This document shows positions 1-9,751 of a stretch of 64,000 nt of DNA, piece after piece (within the stretch, counting starts at the first letter, position 1; every line of letters begins with the position of its first letter). The position numbers and the translations under genes were made by a program. Location: IMG/VR virus record IMGVR_UViG_3300041409_000623, positions 3,547 through 67,546 of that record, one strand, 5' to 3'. The notes beneath the pieces are model-generated. The model saw only the letters and a list, made by a program, of their open reading frames with translations, was not told the origin of the DNA and did not search any database. Source of the DNA: a virus.

Positions 1-209
1 AGTTCGAGCTGGATGTCTTTGCCGAAGGCGCAGACCAAGACCGATACGCCCTTCGGGACATAGGCAAGCGCGGCGCAGATGGTCGAAGTCTTGCCCGTGC
101 CTGCGCGAGCGCGGACAACGAGGTGCTTCGGCTTCCCGATCTCGATGTGCGCGAACCAGTCGAAGATCGCGACCTGCTTGGTGGAAGGGACGTGGGTGAA
201 GGCAGCCAT
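1..209 (-). CDS. UvrD/Rep-like SF1 helicase, N-terminal part (runs off window edge)
   Basis: Own translation: MAAFTHVPSTKQVAIFDWF...HLVVRARAGTGKTSTI...VLVCAFGKDIQLEL; Q motif, Walker A AGTGKT and motif Ia-like AFxK; ATG overlaps upstream TAA. Confidence 0.8.
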   Translation of the reverse strand, partial: MAAFTHVPSTKQVAIFDWFAHIEIGKPKHLVVRARAGTGKTSTICAALAYVPKGVSVLVCAFGKDIQLE

Positions 210-385
210 TAGCGCACCGCCTTCGGGAGGTTCAGCTGGCGGTGATGAACGTCAGCAACCGCATCGTCGAACCCGGCGTAGCGAGCGACGATCTGGGAGT
301 GGGTAGCGCCGTTGAGGTAGCTGTTGGTCTGGCGGACTTCGTAGCCTTCGTCGGTTTTGATAATCTCAAAATGCTTGGTCATCAT
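209..385 (-). CDS. hypothetical protein
   Basis: ORF with AAAGG RBS, downstream of predicted promoter, stop overlaps helicase start. Confidence 0.55.
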   Translation of the reverse strand: MMTKHFEIIKTDEGYEVRQTNSYLNGATHSQIVARYAGFDDAVADVHHRQLNLPKAVR

Positions 386-429
386 CGGACCTTTCTGCGT
401 TGTGCGCCGAAGCGCGTTTGACTTCACCT

Positions 430-458
430 ACGATATGCGAGCCGTCAGTTGATGTCAA
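430..458 (-). promoter_or_regulatory. sigma70-type promoter
   Basis: minus strand TTGACA-17 nt-TATCGT. Confidence 0.65.
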
Positions 459-643
459 GCCTTGTATTCACCGGCCGATTTTCCGTCTTGCTTGATCATG
501 ATACCGTGCTTGACGCCGTATTTGGCGTCCATAAAATCGCGCAGTTCTTTGGCCTCTTCGATGGTGAAGCAGGTGCGGCTTCCAGCGTTCAAGTTCATCG
601 TGCCGCGCTTCGTCATTCGATTGACCGTGTATGTCGTCGCCAT
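455..643 (-). CDS. hypothetical protein (probably leaderless)
   Basis: ATG 7 nt after a -10 element; MATTYTVNRMTKRG... Confidence 0.55.
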   Translation of the reverse strand: MATTYTVNRMTKRGTMNLNAGSRTCFTIEEAKELRDFMDAKYGVKHGIMIKQDGKSAGEYKA

Positions 644-650
644 GTCCCTA

Positions 651-679
651 ACGATAGCCTGCCTAAAATCCAGAAGCAA
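651..679 (-). promoter_or_regulatory. repeated phage early promoter, copy 1
   Basis: TTGCTT-17 nt containing TTTTAG-TATCGT, 7 nt before ATG. Confidence 0.7.
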
Positions 680-682
680 GCC

Positions 683-877
683 CTAAACTTTGGCGCTTTT
701 TGCTAGCAATTCCGCAAGTTTCGCCGTTCGTTTGCTGGCCCGTGGATGCCTGCGTCTGGCCTCGTCACACTCGAGTTTTCGGTTGCCTGCATCGAAGTGC
801 AGGGCATTCCGCAGGCCGCAAAGGCAGCGACTTGTGACAAGCGTCCACGGAGTGGGTCGGTTATTTTGGTGCTTCAT
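683..877 (-). CDS. hypothetical protein
   Basis: ORF track; preceded by TTGACT-18-TACGCT at 886-915. Confidence 0.45.
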   Translation of the reverse strand: MKHQNNRPTPWTLVTSRCLCGLRNALHFDAGNRKLECDEARRRHPRASKRTAKLAELLAKSAKV

Positions 878-917
878 GACCCTCGAGCGTAGTGCAACGA
901 ATTGGGAAAAGTCAACT

Positions 918-1211
918 TTATTTTGACCAATCGACGACGCCGACCGTCGCGAAGAACGGCCGGATCGGCACGCCGACGATGGTGATGTAGAGGTCTTCGC
1001 CCTTCGCGATGCGCCTGCGCTCGTCGTCGGTGAACGTCCAGCGCGTGATCGTTTCGTTTGGTCGCGTGACGCGTCCGTTCGTTGCGTCGTAACGCTGCGG
1101 CGTTACGATAGACGGCAGGTTGCGGTACTCGTCCTGATGCTCGGCGACGACGACCGCCTTGCTGCCGGGCGGCACGAGTCGCGGGTCGATGCGCGGGTCG
1201 ATGGGTTCCAT
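918..1211 (-). CDS. hypothetical phage protein
   Basis: MEPIDPR...AEHQDEYRNLP...TRWTFTDDERRRI; start overlaps upstream stop. Confidence 0.6.
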   Translation of the reverse strand: MEPIDPRIDPRLVPPGSKAVVVAEHQDEYRNLPSIVTPQRYDATNGRVTRPNETITRWTFTDDERRRIAKGEDLYITIVGVPIRPFFATVGVVDWSK

Positions 1212-1600
1212 CAAGCGAGTCCTTTCCACTGCATCCAGCGCCGTCGCATGTGTTCTTTCGCGGCGACCGTCGTCAAACGATTGAGGCACGCCTGCAGGTG
1301 CGCGCCATGATCCCAGTTGTTTTCGATTTCTTCCCAGAGCGTGCCGAACGTGCGCGAGCTGTTCGACTCGAAGAACTCGCCTGCCGTCTCTTCGCACGGC
1401 AGGCAGAAGCAATACGACCGCACCTCGTCGTCCCATTTACCCGAGACGCGTCGGTACTTTTCGCGCGGCGCTATGACGCTGCCGCACTCGTTGCACGCGT
1501 GCGACTTGCGCGCCGCGACGATCTTCTCGACGAAGAACGATGGCGTGTCTCCGTCGTAGTCGCCGTCGATGGAGAAATCGCAGACGCCGTCGTCGCTCAT
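1211..1600 (-). CDS. Zn-finger hypothetical phage protein
   Basis: ARKSHACNECG...YCFCLPC, two CxxC pairs. Confidence 0.6.
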   Translation of the reverse strand: MSDDGVCDFSIDGDYDGDTPSFFVEKIVAARKSHACNECGSVIAPREKYRRVSGKWDDEVRSYCFCLPCEETAGEFFESNSSRTFGTLWEEIENNWDHGAHLQACLNRLTTVAAKEHMRRRWMQWKGLA

Positions 1601-2727
1601 TGATTCCAGCACTCCGGGTCCGCACATCGTGGTTCTGCATGGTTGCCGTCGCACTTGACGTTTGCTCGGAGCGCGATGCCGTGCATGTCGATCACGTCGC
1701 GGTCGAACGCGTGTTGGTAACCTGCCGCGTCAAGTTTCGCGCGTATCTCGTCGAACGTTTTCTTGCTGACGTCGAGAATGGCGTAGGTGTGCGTCATCGC
1801 AGCGCCTCATCGATCTTTTTGTTCCACTCGTCGGCACCACAGGTGCAGTCGTCCGGCGTCGTGTTCTCTTCGTCGCCTTCGCGCGTGCACTCGTAATGAA
1901 CGTGCCTCGACTCCTCGAGCAACTTCAGGATCGGCGCGGCGAACGTCGCGATGATGGCTGCGACGCGTTCCTCCCACTGCTTGTCACGCTTCTTTAGGAT
2001 AGGTTCATCAGCGATGCGTTCTGCGGCTCTCGCCGCCCAGTCGTTGATACTCGGCATCATTTCCACCCGTCATTTCCGTGCGTGAAGCAGAACCCGTATT
2101 TGTTGCCGATGAATTTCGGATCGTCGAACAGCATGTAGTGTCCGCAGATGAAGCATTGACCGAATAGCCAACGAATCGGGTGTCGAAGTATGCGGAGGAT
2201 TCTCATCTCAATCCTTCGTCGTCTGCGCGCTGATGACGCGCACGCCTGGTTCGCCTTCTAGCTCTGGATAGTCGTTCGGGTCGTAGCCAATCGCGCGCAG
2301 CGTCGCGTCGTACAGATGCATGGTGAACGGTCCGAGCTTCTTGTCGTTCCGTATCGTTTCGATCATCTTCAGGATGTCGGCCATGACGAGAGCGCCCTTC
2401 GGCTTGTCGACCCACGGCGCATGCCAGGGACACGGCGCCGCCTGCTCGCCGAGGAAGGCGTGACACTTCTCGCCGCAGCACGGCGTCTTGATTTCGGGAG
2501 TGCAGTAGCACATCGTTTCATCCTTCGTGCGGCGTCCGTCTGCGCTTCAGGTCGTCATCGAAGTCGCGTCGCGTCTTCCACGGCAGACCCTTGCGACCGC
2601 GCGTCCGGACTCCGCGCCAAACGTCGATGATCAAGTCCGCGACAAGGCGAGCGACGATGAGCGTCGCGATGAACTCCGCGTAGCCGAGCCACGAGTCGAC
2701 GCGTAGGACTGGCGGCGTGATGTTCAT
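1597..2727 (-). other. cluster of small hypothetical CDSs (1597-1797, 1794-2066, 2208-2513, 2518-2727)
   Basis: closely packed or overlapping minus-strand ORFs typical of phage early regions. Confidence 0.55.
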
Positions 2728-2730
2728 GCG

Positions 2731-4437
2731 TCATTCCTCCGTTATCGCCGCGAGCCACCGGCTCGTCGTCCACGTCGCGACGTCTTCGCGCGCTCTGCGT
2801 GCGGCGATGATCGCGTGGTCGATGGTCTTCTGGCCCTTCGGTCCGGTCGCGACGACGTCGAAGTAGTTCACGGCGTGCACCTGCCCAGGGCGGTCGACGC
2901 GCGCGGCCGTCTGCTGCGCTTTCCAGAGCGAGTAGTCGAACGACATGTTGATGACGGTATGCGCGGCCGTCAGGTTGATGCCGAGCGCGCCGGTGCCGTA
3001 GGTGCCGCCGAAGAAGACCGGACCGAGAGGCGCGGTGCGCGGATCGAGAAGTCTCAAGGCAGACTCTCGATCCGTGCGCTTCTGGCCGCCGTGGATTTCT
3101 CCGATCATGACCGGATAACGCAGCGTTGCGCACCGAATATCACGCATCATTCGCTCAAGCTCCGCGCGGAACCTGCACCACACGATCAACTTGAGGTTCG
3201 GGTCCGCGTCGAGCCACTCGCGGTGCAGGCCGAGCACGAAGTCGAGCTTTTCGCGGCCTATCGCTTGACTTGTGCTCAGAGGTCGCGGCGGTGGATTACT
3301 CCGTAGACTGTCAGAGCCAACCCGACGAGTCCCATCAGAATCAACCAAATCAAGATCGGCAGCGCTTCCATCGTTCACTCCTAAGACTAGTTGATCGAGC
3401 ACTGCGCTATTGTCCTGCTCCTCGACGCCCGCATCTTCGATGCCGCCGAGGAACCCGCTCGTGATCTGCGACAGGCGCAGCGCTTTGATAGCGGCCGTGC
3501 TGCTGACGGCGACGTCGCCGGACTTGAGCCACGTCACCATTTCGTCGCGCATGTCTTTGTAGATCTTCCACGTCGCCTCGGTGAGCGGCACTTCGTACGT
3601 CACCGGTGGAAGCGCTTCGGGCAGGTCGAGACAATCGCGCTTCAACCGGCGCAGCACGTACGGCGCGAACTTCGCCGTGAGCTTGTCGAGGTCGCGCCAG
3701 CCGACGATGGTGCGTATCTCCCGTCCACGCGGCGAGTGCAGCGCGCGACCGCTCGCGCCGACGACTGCCTGCTCGACGGCATAGTGCGACTTGAAGTGCG
3801 TGATGTACTTCAGTCCGTGTACCGATGGGTGGAGCATGTTGCCCTGCGAGAACAGGTCCAGCGGACTGTGCGCGATGGGCGTGCCGTTCAGCAGCACGAC
3901 GCGCCCGCACTTCGCGCGGAGCTGGAAGCACGCCTTTGTGCGCGCGCTGTCGTAGGTCTTGACGTAGGCGCTCTCGTCGAGCACGAGCAGCGTCTTCGAC
4001 GTGCAGAACGGCAGCAGGTCATCGAGGCGCTTCTTCGAGGCGATGAACTCGTAGTTCGTGACGATCCATTCGAGCTTCTTGACTTGTTTCGTGATGTCCG
4101 GCGACGTGAAGAGCCAGTCGCGTATGCGCGCGTGGTATTCGGTCACGCTGCTCTGCACGAACAGGTGCTTCTGCAGCTCGCCCAGTTCCGGGTCGAACCA
4201 CACGCCGCGCACGCTCGCGGGCGCGACGACGAGCACCTTGTCGATGACGCCTGCCTCGAACAAGAACTGCGCGGCGATGATGACTTGCGCGGACTTCATC
4301 GCGCCCATCTCGTCTGTCAAGAAGAAGTACGAGTGCTCGCAAAGTGCTCGCACTCCGACTTTGACGTGCTCCTTCACGCCAGACATCGTGCCGTCGGCGA
4401 GCGGAACCGGGCGGCAGCGGGAGAAGTCGAGATTCAC
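2731..4437 (-). CDS. SNF2-family (SF2) helicase
   Basis: DEMGAMKS (motif I), LVLDES (II), LNGTP (III), GALGINLT (V), QTAARVDRPGQ (VI); GTG start at 4437 overlapping upstream TGA. Confidence 0.9.
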   Translation of the reverse strand: MNLDFSRCRPVPLADGTMSGVKEHVKVGVRALCEHSYFFLTDEMGAMKSAQVIIAAQFLFEAGVIDKVLVVAPASVRGVWFDPELGELQKHLFVQSSVTEYHARIRDWLFTSPDITKQVKKLEWIVTNYEFIASKKRLDDLLPFCTSKTLLVLDESAYVKTYDSARTKACFQLRAKCGRVVLLNGTPIAHSPLDLFSQGNMLHPSVHGLKYITHFKSHYAVEQAVVGASGRALHSPRGREIRTIVGWRDLDKLTAKFAPYVLRRLKRDCLDLPEALPPVTYEVPLTEATWKIYKDMRDEMVTWLKSGDVAVSSTAAIKALRLSQITSGFLGGIEDAGVEEQDNSAVLDQLVLGVNDGSAADLDLVDSDGTRRVGSDSLRSNPPPRPLSTSQAIGREKLDFVLGLHREWLDADPNLKLIVWCRFRAELERMMRDIRCATLRYPVMIGEIHGGQKRTDRESALRLLDPRTAPLGPVFFGGTYGTGALGINLTAAHTVINMSFDYSLWKAQQTAARVDRPGQVHAVNYFDVVATGPKGQKTIDHAIIAARRAREDVATWTTSRWLAAITEE

Positions 4438-4641
4438 AGCAGCCCTCCCACCTGCCACCTGCGCTCCGGGGGCGCGTCGAACGTCGTCGCATAGCGTTCC
4501 CAGATATACCATTCGTGGTGGGTGCGGGTCGTCCTTCAACGTCAGCCTGACGCCGCGCATGAGTCGCGGACTGTCTTTCAGCCAGCAGGTGAGTTCGAAT
4601 CCACCGTCGGCGTGCAGGACGAACTGTCGGTACGTTACCAT
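4434..4641 (-). pseudogene. small hypothetical gene interrupted by one extra base
   Basis: MVTYRQFVL...LTLKDDP continues in shifted frame as HEWYIWERYATTFDAPPERRWQVGGLL*; 208 nt. Confidence 0.5.
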
Positions 4642-4726
4642 CTCTTCACCCAGTCCGCGCACTCGCGGCATCGCCACCAGCACGCGTAGACGTAGTCGAG
4701 CAAGCCGCCGCACATGCAGCGGACGC

Positions 4727-5011
4727 TCATTCTCGCTCCCATCGGCGCGAGTCGCGGTCGCGCATCCTGCCGCTAGGCAGAGTGTCGTCGATCGGCTTGT
4801 CGGCGCCGTCGGACTGTCGCGTGCCGGTGCAGTTTGGGAAGTTGCTGCAGCCCCAGAACTGATCGCCAGTCTTTCGGTTCGCGCGCTGCACCATCGCTGC
4901 GCCGCAGTCGGGGCATTCGTCGACAGACATCATCTTCTTTCCTCCACAGGCTTTGCAGACCCACCAACCATCGACGACGAAACACTCAGATTCGCAGCAC
5001 CAAGAAATCAT
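4727..5011 (-). CDS. topoisomerase-type C4 zinc-finger protein
   Basis: CPDCGAAMVQRANRKTGDQFWGCSNFPNC. Confidence 0.75.
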   Translation of the reverse strand: MISWCCESECFVVDGWWVCKACGGKKMMSVDECPDCGAAMVQRANRKTGDQFWGCSNFPNCTGTRQSDGADKPIDDTLPSGRMRDRDSRRWERE

Positions 5012-5299
5012 CTATCGAAACATCGGAAATACTTCTGGGTAATCGTGGTGCTCCTCGATGAGCACGGCCTCGATGAGCACGGCGTGTCCTTTGTGAAGAC
5101 GATAGATGCCCGGCTTGATCTTCTCGGGCACCAGCGCGCTCACGCGTTTCCACGCGGACTGCCTGACGATCTTCGCACGCTCGTGATCGGCAGCAGCCTG
5201 TTCAGCGGCGATACGCGTGCTGTGTTCTCTTCGCACGGCTTCCGCGTAGGCTTCGATGAGATGTTCGTACTCGTTCGGTTGATCAAGCGACATGACCAT
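5012..5299 (-). CDS. hypothetical protein
   Basis: ORF track, packed between neighbours. Confidence 0.55.
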   Translation of the reverse strand: MVMSLDQPNEYEHLIEAYAEAVRREHSTRIAAEQAAADHERAKIVRQSAWKRVSALVPEKIKPGIYRLHKGHAVLIEAVLIEEHHDYPEVFPMFR

Positions 5300-6662
5300 C
5301 CTCGATGAACACCTGCACTTCGTTCTTATCCTTCGCCACCCACTCGACCCAGATCTGCGCGCCAGCGTCTTCGGCTTGCTTCGCGACGAGCGCCAGCGAG
5401 TCTTCGTCGAGCACGTTGCCGTTGCGAATGAGCAGGACCTTCAGCGTCGGGTTCAACGCCAGGCCGATCGCGACGCTGACGCGGAGCTGCTCGTTCGTCG
5501 CCGCCTGCGCGAACGGGATGCCGCCGAAGGTGACGCCGACGTCCGAGAGTCCGAGTCCGTCGACCGGGAACTGCACGCCGTCGAGCGCCTGCTGCTTGCC
5601 TCGGTCGGCCTCGTCGACGAGCTTCTGGTATGCAGCGACGTCGGCCTCGATCTTCTTGACCTCGGTCTCGGCTTCGGCGTGCCGTTGGTTCGCGCGCACC
5701 TTCGCGTTCGTCGCTTCGGTTGCGGCCAACTCCGCGCTGATGGCCGTCACGTCGGGCACGACGGCACGAGCGGCTTCGGCGGTGATCTTCGCTGCGTCGA
5801 GTGCGCGCAGTGCAGCAGACGTCACGGCTTCAGCGTTTCTGCGCTTGTCGGATAGTTCTTGGATCTTCGTTTCGAGTGCGAGGATCTGATCGCGATACGA
5901 ATCGGCTTGTCTCAACGCCGTACTGTGTTGATCCGATGCGCGCACTTCAGCGCGCTCGGCCTCCTCCGCCAGCTTTCGCAGCCGCTCGGCTTCGACCAGC
6001 TTCTCGGTCGTGATCGGCGTCTCTGCGTCGGGCACGCCTTCGTGTTTCGGCATAGCGGCGAGCTGCGCCTGCTTGATCGCCAGCGTTTTCTTTTGCATCG
6101 CGCGTCCGGCGGCAGCATCGGCGCGCGCCTTGTCGAACGCGCTGACGTCGAGGTTCACGAGCCTGCGCAGCGTCGTCGCCTGGTCCTTGTCGTCCTTGAA
6201 CGCGAGAGGGTCGAATGCGAGCCTGCCGACGAGTCGGTCGAGCAGCGCCTGCGGCGACGGGTATTTCGCGCCCGCTTTGTTCGCGACGATGAGGGTGGAC
6301 TTCGTTTCGCCGAACACTTTGTTTCGCCAGTTGCACGTATCAGCGTGCAACGAAGCATCTTCGCTCTTCGCGTTCGGTGTGCTGAAAGATGCACACGAAC
6401 ACGGAACGCGCTCGCGACTGAACTTCCTCGTGACCACGAGGTCCGTGTCGAAGTCGACGCGAATCTCGGCGTCGCTCTCGCCGGTGCGAATCGGTTCGGT
6501 AGGGCAGAGCGCCTGACCGCCTAGCGCCATCGCGATGCTGTTCATGGCGCTGGATTTTCCAGCACCGTTCTTGCCGCCGATCGTGACGAGCGCACCTTCC
6601 GGCTTGATGTCGACGGCGACGAGTCTGAGTATGTTGCTGGCCTGCAGGCGCGTGACTTTCAT
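5283..6662 (-). CDS. SMC/SbcC/Rad50-like ABC ATPase with coiled coil
   Basis: N-terminal GKNGAGKSS Walker A, long Ala/Glu coiled coil, C-terminal LLIRNGNVLD Walker B/D-loop-like segment. Confidence 0.85.
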   Translation of the reverse strand: MKVTRLQASNILRLVAVDIKPEGALVTIGGKNGAGKSSAMNSIAMALGGQALCPTEPIRTGESDAEIRVDFDTDLVVTRKFSRERVPCSCASFSTPNAKSEDASLHADTCNWRNKVFGETKSTLIVANKAGAKYPSPQALLDRLVGRLAFDPLAFKDDKDQATTLRRLVNLDVSAFDKARADAAAGRAMQKKTLAIKQAQLAAMPKHEGVPDAETPITTEKLVEAERLRKLAEEAERAEVRASDQHSTALRQADSYRDQILALETKIQELSDKRRNAEAVTSAALRALDAAKITAEAARAVVPDVTAISAELAATEATNAKVRANQRHAEAETEVKKIEADVAAYQKLVDEADRGKQQALDGVQFPVDGLGLSDVGVTFGGIPFAQAATNEQLRVSVAIGLALNPTLKVLLIRNGNVLDEDSLALVAKQAEDAGAQIWVEWVAKDKNEVQVFIEDGHVA

Positions 6663-6665
6663 TTT

Positions 6666-6905
6666 TTATTCCATTCTCTTTGCGATACGAATGCTGGTGA
6701 TGTCGTCGGCTAATGTCGGAAAATTCCGTCGACACTGTTGTGCGTAGATCCGCAAGCATTCATCGGCGAACGGATCGTGGTCGAGGTCGAGCACGAAGTA
6801 CCGACAGTTCTCGTGCTTTCCTCCCGGAGCCGAGCTGCCATCTGTCCGCGTTACGTCGAACTTGTGGTATAGACCGCGATCTTTGTCTGCGTCGTTCTCA
6901 TGCAT
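6666..6905 (-). CDS. hypothetical phage protein
   Basis: GLYHKFDVTRTDGSSAPGGKHENCRYFVLDLDHDPFA. Confidence 0.6.
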   Translation of the reverse strand: MHENDADKDRGLYHKFDVTRTDGSSAPGGKHENCRYFVLDLDHDPFADECLRIYAQQCRRNFPTLADDITSIRIAKRME

Positions 6906-7771
6906 CACTTCGCCTCCGGGAACCTGCCGAACTTCGCGTCGCGCGCGAGCGTCTTGACGTCGGGCGAGAAGTCCGATTTCAGGATGAAGTCCCAGTAGTT
7001 CTCGCCGCGTCGGTCGCGCAGGTTCACCGACGGGTCGTCCATCCGCTTGCCTGCGTGCTTGCCCCAGTTGGCGAAGCACGCGACACCGTCGACGAACTTG
7101 AACTTGCCGTCCGGGTCGATCCGCCCAGGCCACTGCGCCGCGTGCAGCAGGTCGAGGTCGCGCGGCAGTGTTTGGTACTTCCTGAGCTGCGCGGCGATGA
7201 CTTCGGTCGTCATGCGCACGTCGGCGAGCGCCTGGTGCGCGTCTTCCGGCTCCTTGTCGACGTGCTTGCGATAGAGGCTCGACAGCGTGCGCGGCTCGCC
7301 GAGCTGCTCCAGTCGGTCGGCGTCGATGATGCGCGCGCCGAGGTAGGACCACGCGACGCCCGCGCGCGCGAACTCGGACGCGAACATCTTCAGGTCGTAG
7401 CGGACGTTCTTGCCCGCGAAGTCGCAGCCGGTGAACCCCTTCGCGAGGTTCGGCGCCAGTTGCGCGAACGTGGGCCATGGCTTGAACGCATGTCCACGCT
7501 CGGACGCATTACCGACGTGTGATGCGTTGTCGAAACCACATTCACGACACATCTTTATCGCATAGTCGCTGATGCCGTGCACCTTCGTCGTCTCCGGCGA
7601 GATGGGCACGCCGGGATTCACGAGCGAGCGCCACTCCTTCTGCAGCCCATCGGAGGTCCAGACCTGGAACCCGATCTCGATGATGCGCGCGTCCTTCGCG
7701 TCGAGGCCGGTCGTCTCGACGTCGGGCACGATGAGCGGACGCGTGAGCGCGAGGAGCTGGTGGAGCATCAT
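6905..7771 (-). CDS. DEDDh 3'-5' exonuclease (DnaQ/Pol III epsilon-like)
   Basis: ExoI DVETTGL, ExoII NVRYD, ExoIII HQALAD. Confidence 0.9.
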   Translation of the reverse strand: MMLHQLLALTRPLIVPDVETTGLDAKDARIIEIGFQVWTSDGLQKEWRSLVNPGVPISPETTKVHGISDYAIKMCRECGFDNASHVGNASERGHAFKPWPTFAQLAPNLAKGFTGCDFAGKNVRYDLKMFASEFARAGVAWSYLGARIIDADRLEQLGEPRTLSSLYRKHVDKEPEDAHQALADVRMTTEVIAAQLRKYQTLPRDLDLLHAAQWPGRIDPDGKFKFVDGVACFANWGKHAGKRMDDPSVNLRDRRGENYWDFILKSDFSPDVKTLARDAKFGRFPEAK

Positions 7772-8573
7772 GCCTTCGGCTCGTTTCTCTTCTGCCAAGC
7801 TTCGAGCAGGTCCATCACGCACTCGACGCGTCGAAGCACGGCGTCGCGGAAGGTGCCCTCGGGTATCATCTGCGCGACTTTCAAGAACTCGTCGCAGTAG
7901 TGCTTGATCCACTGCTGGTCTATCGGCGAATGGTCTTTCACGCCCTCCTCACGATCCGCAGCCTGCGCACCGAGACGATGGTCGAGATGTCGCCGTCGGC
8001 CCACTCCTGCCTGCGGTGCGCGACGTAGGCGGTCGCGAGGTCGCGCTTGATGACCTCCGCGTCGCGACGCTGGTCGCGCGCGCAGGTGTAGCGATAGCCG
8101 CGACGCAGCTCGGGCGGGTCGGGCATCGCGAGCAGGATGAGCATGGCGAGCCATCGGCGCTCTTGCTTCGTGGTCACTCGATCGCCTCCTTCGACACCCA
8201 AATCGTCGCCTCGACCCACGCGCCTCCGTCCTGCATGACGTGGACGTTCGCGCCGTTGGGGATCTTCAATCCACATCCACCTTCGGTCTGCGACAAATAT
8301 TGGCGTTTCGCGACGGCGAGATACTTGTCGCGGAGTTCCTTCTGCTGCCGGCGCTCGCGCTCGACCTTAGATTCGCTCATGCTTCACCCTGACGACGCTG
8401 CCGTCGACGCTGCGCGCATGTTCTGCCGCACGCCACTTCGTCGAAAACCGTCGGTCCATCCAGACGATGACTTCGCCTCGCAGCACGATCACGCGCCACC
8501 AGATCCTTTTACGCACATGCTGCATCCGGTTTCGTCGCGCCACCACCACTTCACCGCACCGCACTTGGGGCAA
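7768..8573 (-). other. cluster of small hypothetical CDSs (7768-7941, 7938-8177, 8174-8380 and others)
   Basis: overlapping start/stop codons on minus strand. Confidence 0.5.
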
Positions 8574-8931
8574 GGTTTGTTAGCCATGCGAGCGCTTCCT
8601 CCAGCGTGTCGACGACCGTGACTTGATTCAGATAGTGGAACATGTTCGAGCGTTGTCCGATGAGTACGACGCGCTTGCCGAGCGCAAGCGCGTAGCCGAA
8701 CTCGACGTGGCGACCGCCGGTACCGATGTTCTCCCAGCCATCGGGATTCATCGCAAGCAGCACGTCGGCCGACGCAACGTCTTCCATGTCCTTGCGTGCA
8801 TGCTCGTCAGTGAGTTCGTCGAGTGCTTTAAGCCAGCGACTCGTCACCTCGTGTCCGTGCTCTTCAAGCGCACGCATGACATAGATCGCTAAGTCGCGAA
8901 TTGGATACGGCGCGGCGACGTAAACCTTCAT
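8551..8931 (-). CDS. nucleoside 2-deoxyribosyltransferase / Rcl-like nucleotide N-glycosidase
   Basis: MKVYVAAPY N-terminus, DMEDVASADVL, VEFGYALALGKRV with the family's catalytic Glu. Confidence 0.8.
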   Translation of the reverse strand: MKVYVAAPYPIRDLAIYVMRALEEHGHEVTSRWLKALDELTDEHARKDMEDVASADVLLAMNPDGWENIGTGGRHVEFGYALALGKRVVLIGQRSNMFHYLNQVTVVDTLEEALAWLTNLAPSAVR

Positions 8932-9302
8932 CAGTATTTCTTCCCCTCTGCCTTCAAGCGGTTTTCGACCTTGTGGTCTGCGCGCTGCGCGTTGTAAGCC
9001 ATCTTTTCCTCATAGGCGCCGCCGAGGTCGAGTCCGAGACCGCCCGCGATGTCGAGGATGCGAATGACGCAGTCGGCAAGTTCGACCTCGAACATCTTGC
9101 GCTCTGGCAGTTTGTCGTCCATCAGGTTCTTGCGATGGCCTTCGAGCGCCTCGGCCAGCTCGCTGACGCAGAGCATGAGCAGTTCGCCGACGTTGCGCTG
9201 CAGGGGTTCGCCGGTGTTGATGTCGATCCACCACTTCTCGTTTGCGCGGTGCACTCGAAACGCTTGAGCGTTGAATGGATGGTCTAAGTACTTCGCGTTC
9301 AC
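8931..9302 (-). CDS. MazG-like nucleotide pyrophosphohydrolase
   Basis: SELAEALE...EVELADCVIRILD (ExxE...ExxD). Confidence 0.85.
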   Translation of the reverse strand: MNAKYLDHPFNAQAFRVHRANEKWWIDINTGEPLQRNVGELLMLCVSELAEALEGHRKNLMDDKLPERKMFEVELADCVIRILDIAGGLGLDLGGAYEEKMAYNAQRADHKVENRLKAEGKKY

Positions 9303-9601
9303 GCTCGTACCTCCTTCAGCATGTCCTTGATCAGGTCGGCCGTCAGCGCGGACATCGAGATGCCGCGTCGTGCCGCTTCCTCACGAAGGGCGGTCTTATC
9401 AGCCTCAGAGATGTTGATACCGAGAAACTCGTCACGGTCTGATTTGACATCGACCAAACGATCGTCGCGTTTCAAGATACCCCCTTTGCGAAGGATCTGT
9501 CGCACACGTTGACGACTAATGCTAAATCGGTCAGCACAGTCTCGCACAGCCAACCCTTCAAGATAGAGTCGACAAATGTCAACGTCTCGTTCAGCGTTCA
9601 T
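9299..9601 (-). CDS. putative DNA-binding regulator (HTH plus ribbon-helix-helix)
   Basis: VRDCADRFSISRQRVRQIL; INISEADKTALREEAARRGISMSAL. Confidence 0.65.
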   Translation of the reverse strand: MNAERDVDICRLYLEGLAVRDCADRFSISRQRVRQILRKGGILKRDDRLVDVKSDRDEFLGINISEADKTALREEAARRGISMSALTADLIKDMLKEVRA

Positions 9602-9751
9602 AGCTGCAGCCACTCCTTCACCGTCCGTTGCCCTGGATACGTCTTCATGTACCAGATTGCGTCAACTTTGTTGACGCAGCCAGTTGGAACCCAGCTCCCG
9701 TATTCGTTCGGGTTTGATCCAACGCGCGCCCACCAGTAAGTTATTCTCACC

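Noticed and set aside
2731-4713. 660-aa SNF2 ORF with long N-terminal extension
   Set aside because: The extension is better explained as a separate frameshifted small gene; a GTGA overlap and GGAGG RBS support a start at 4437.
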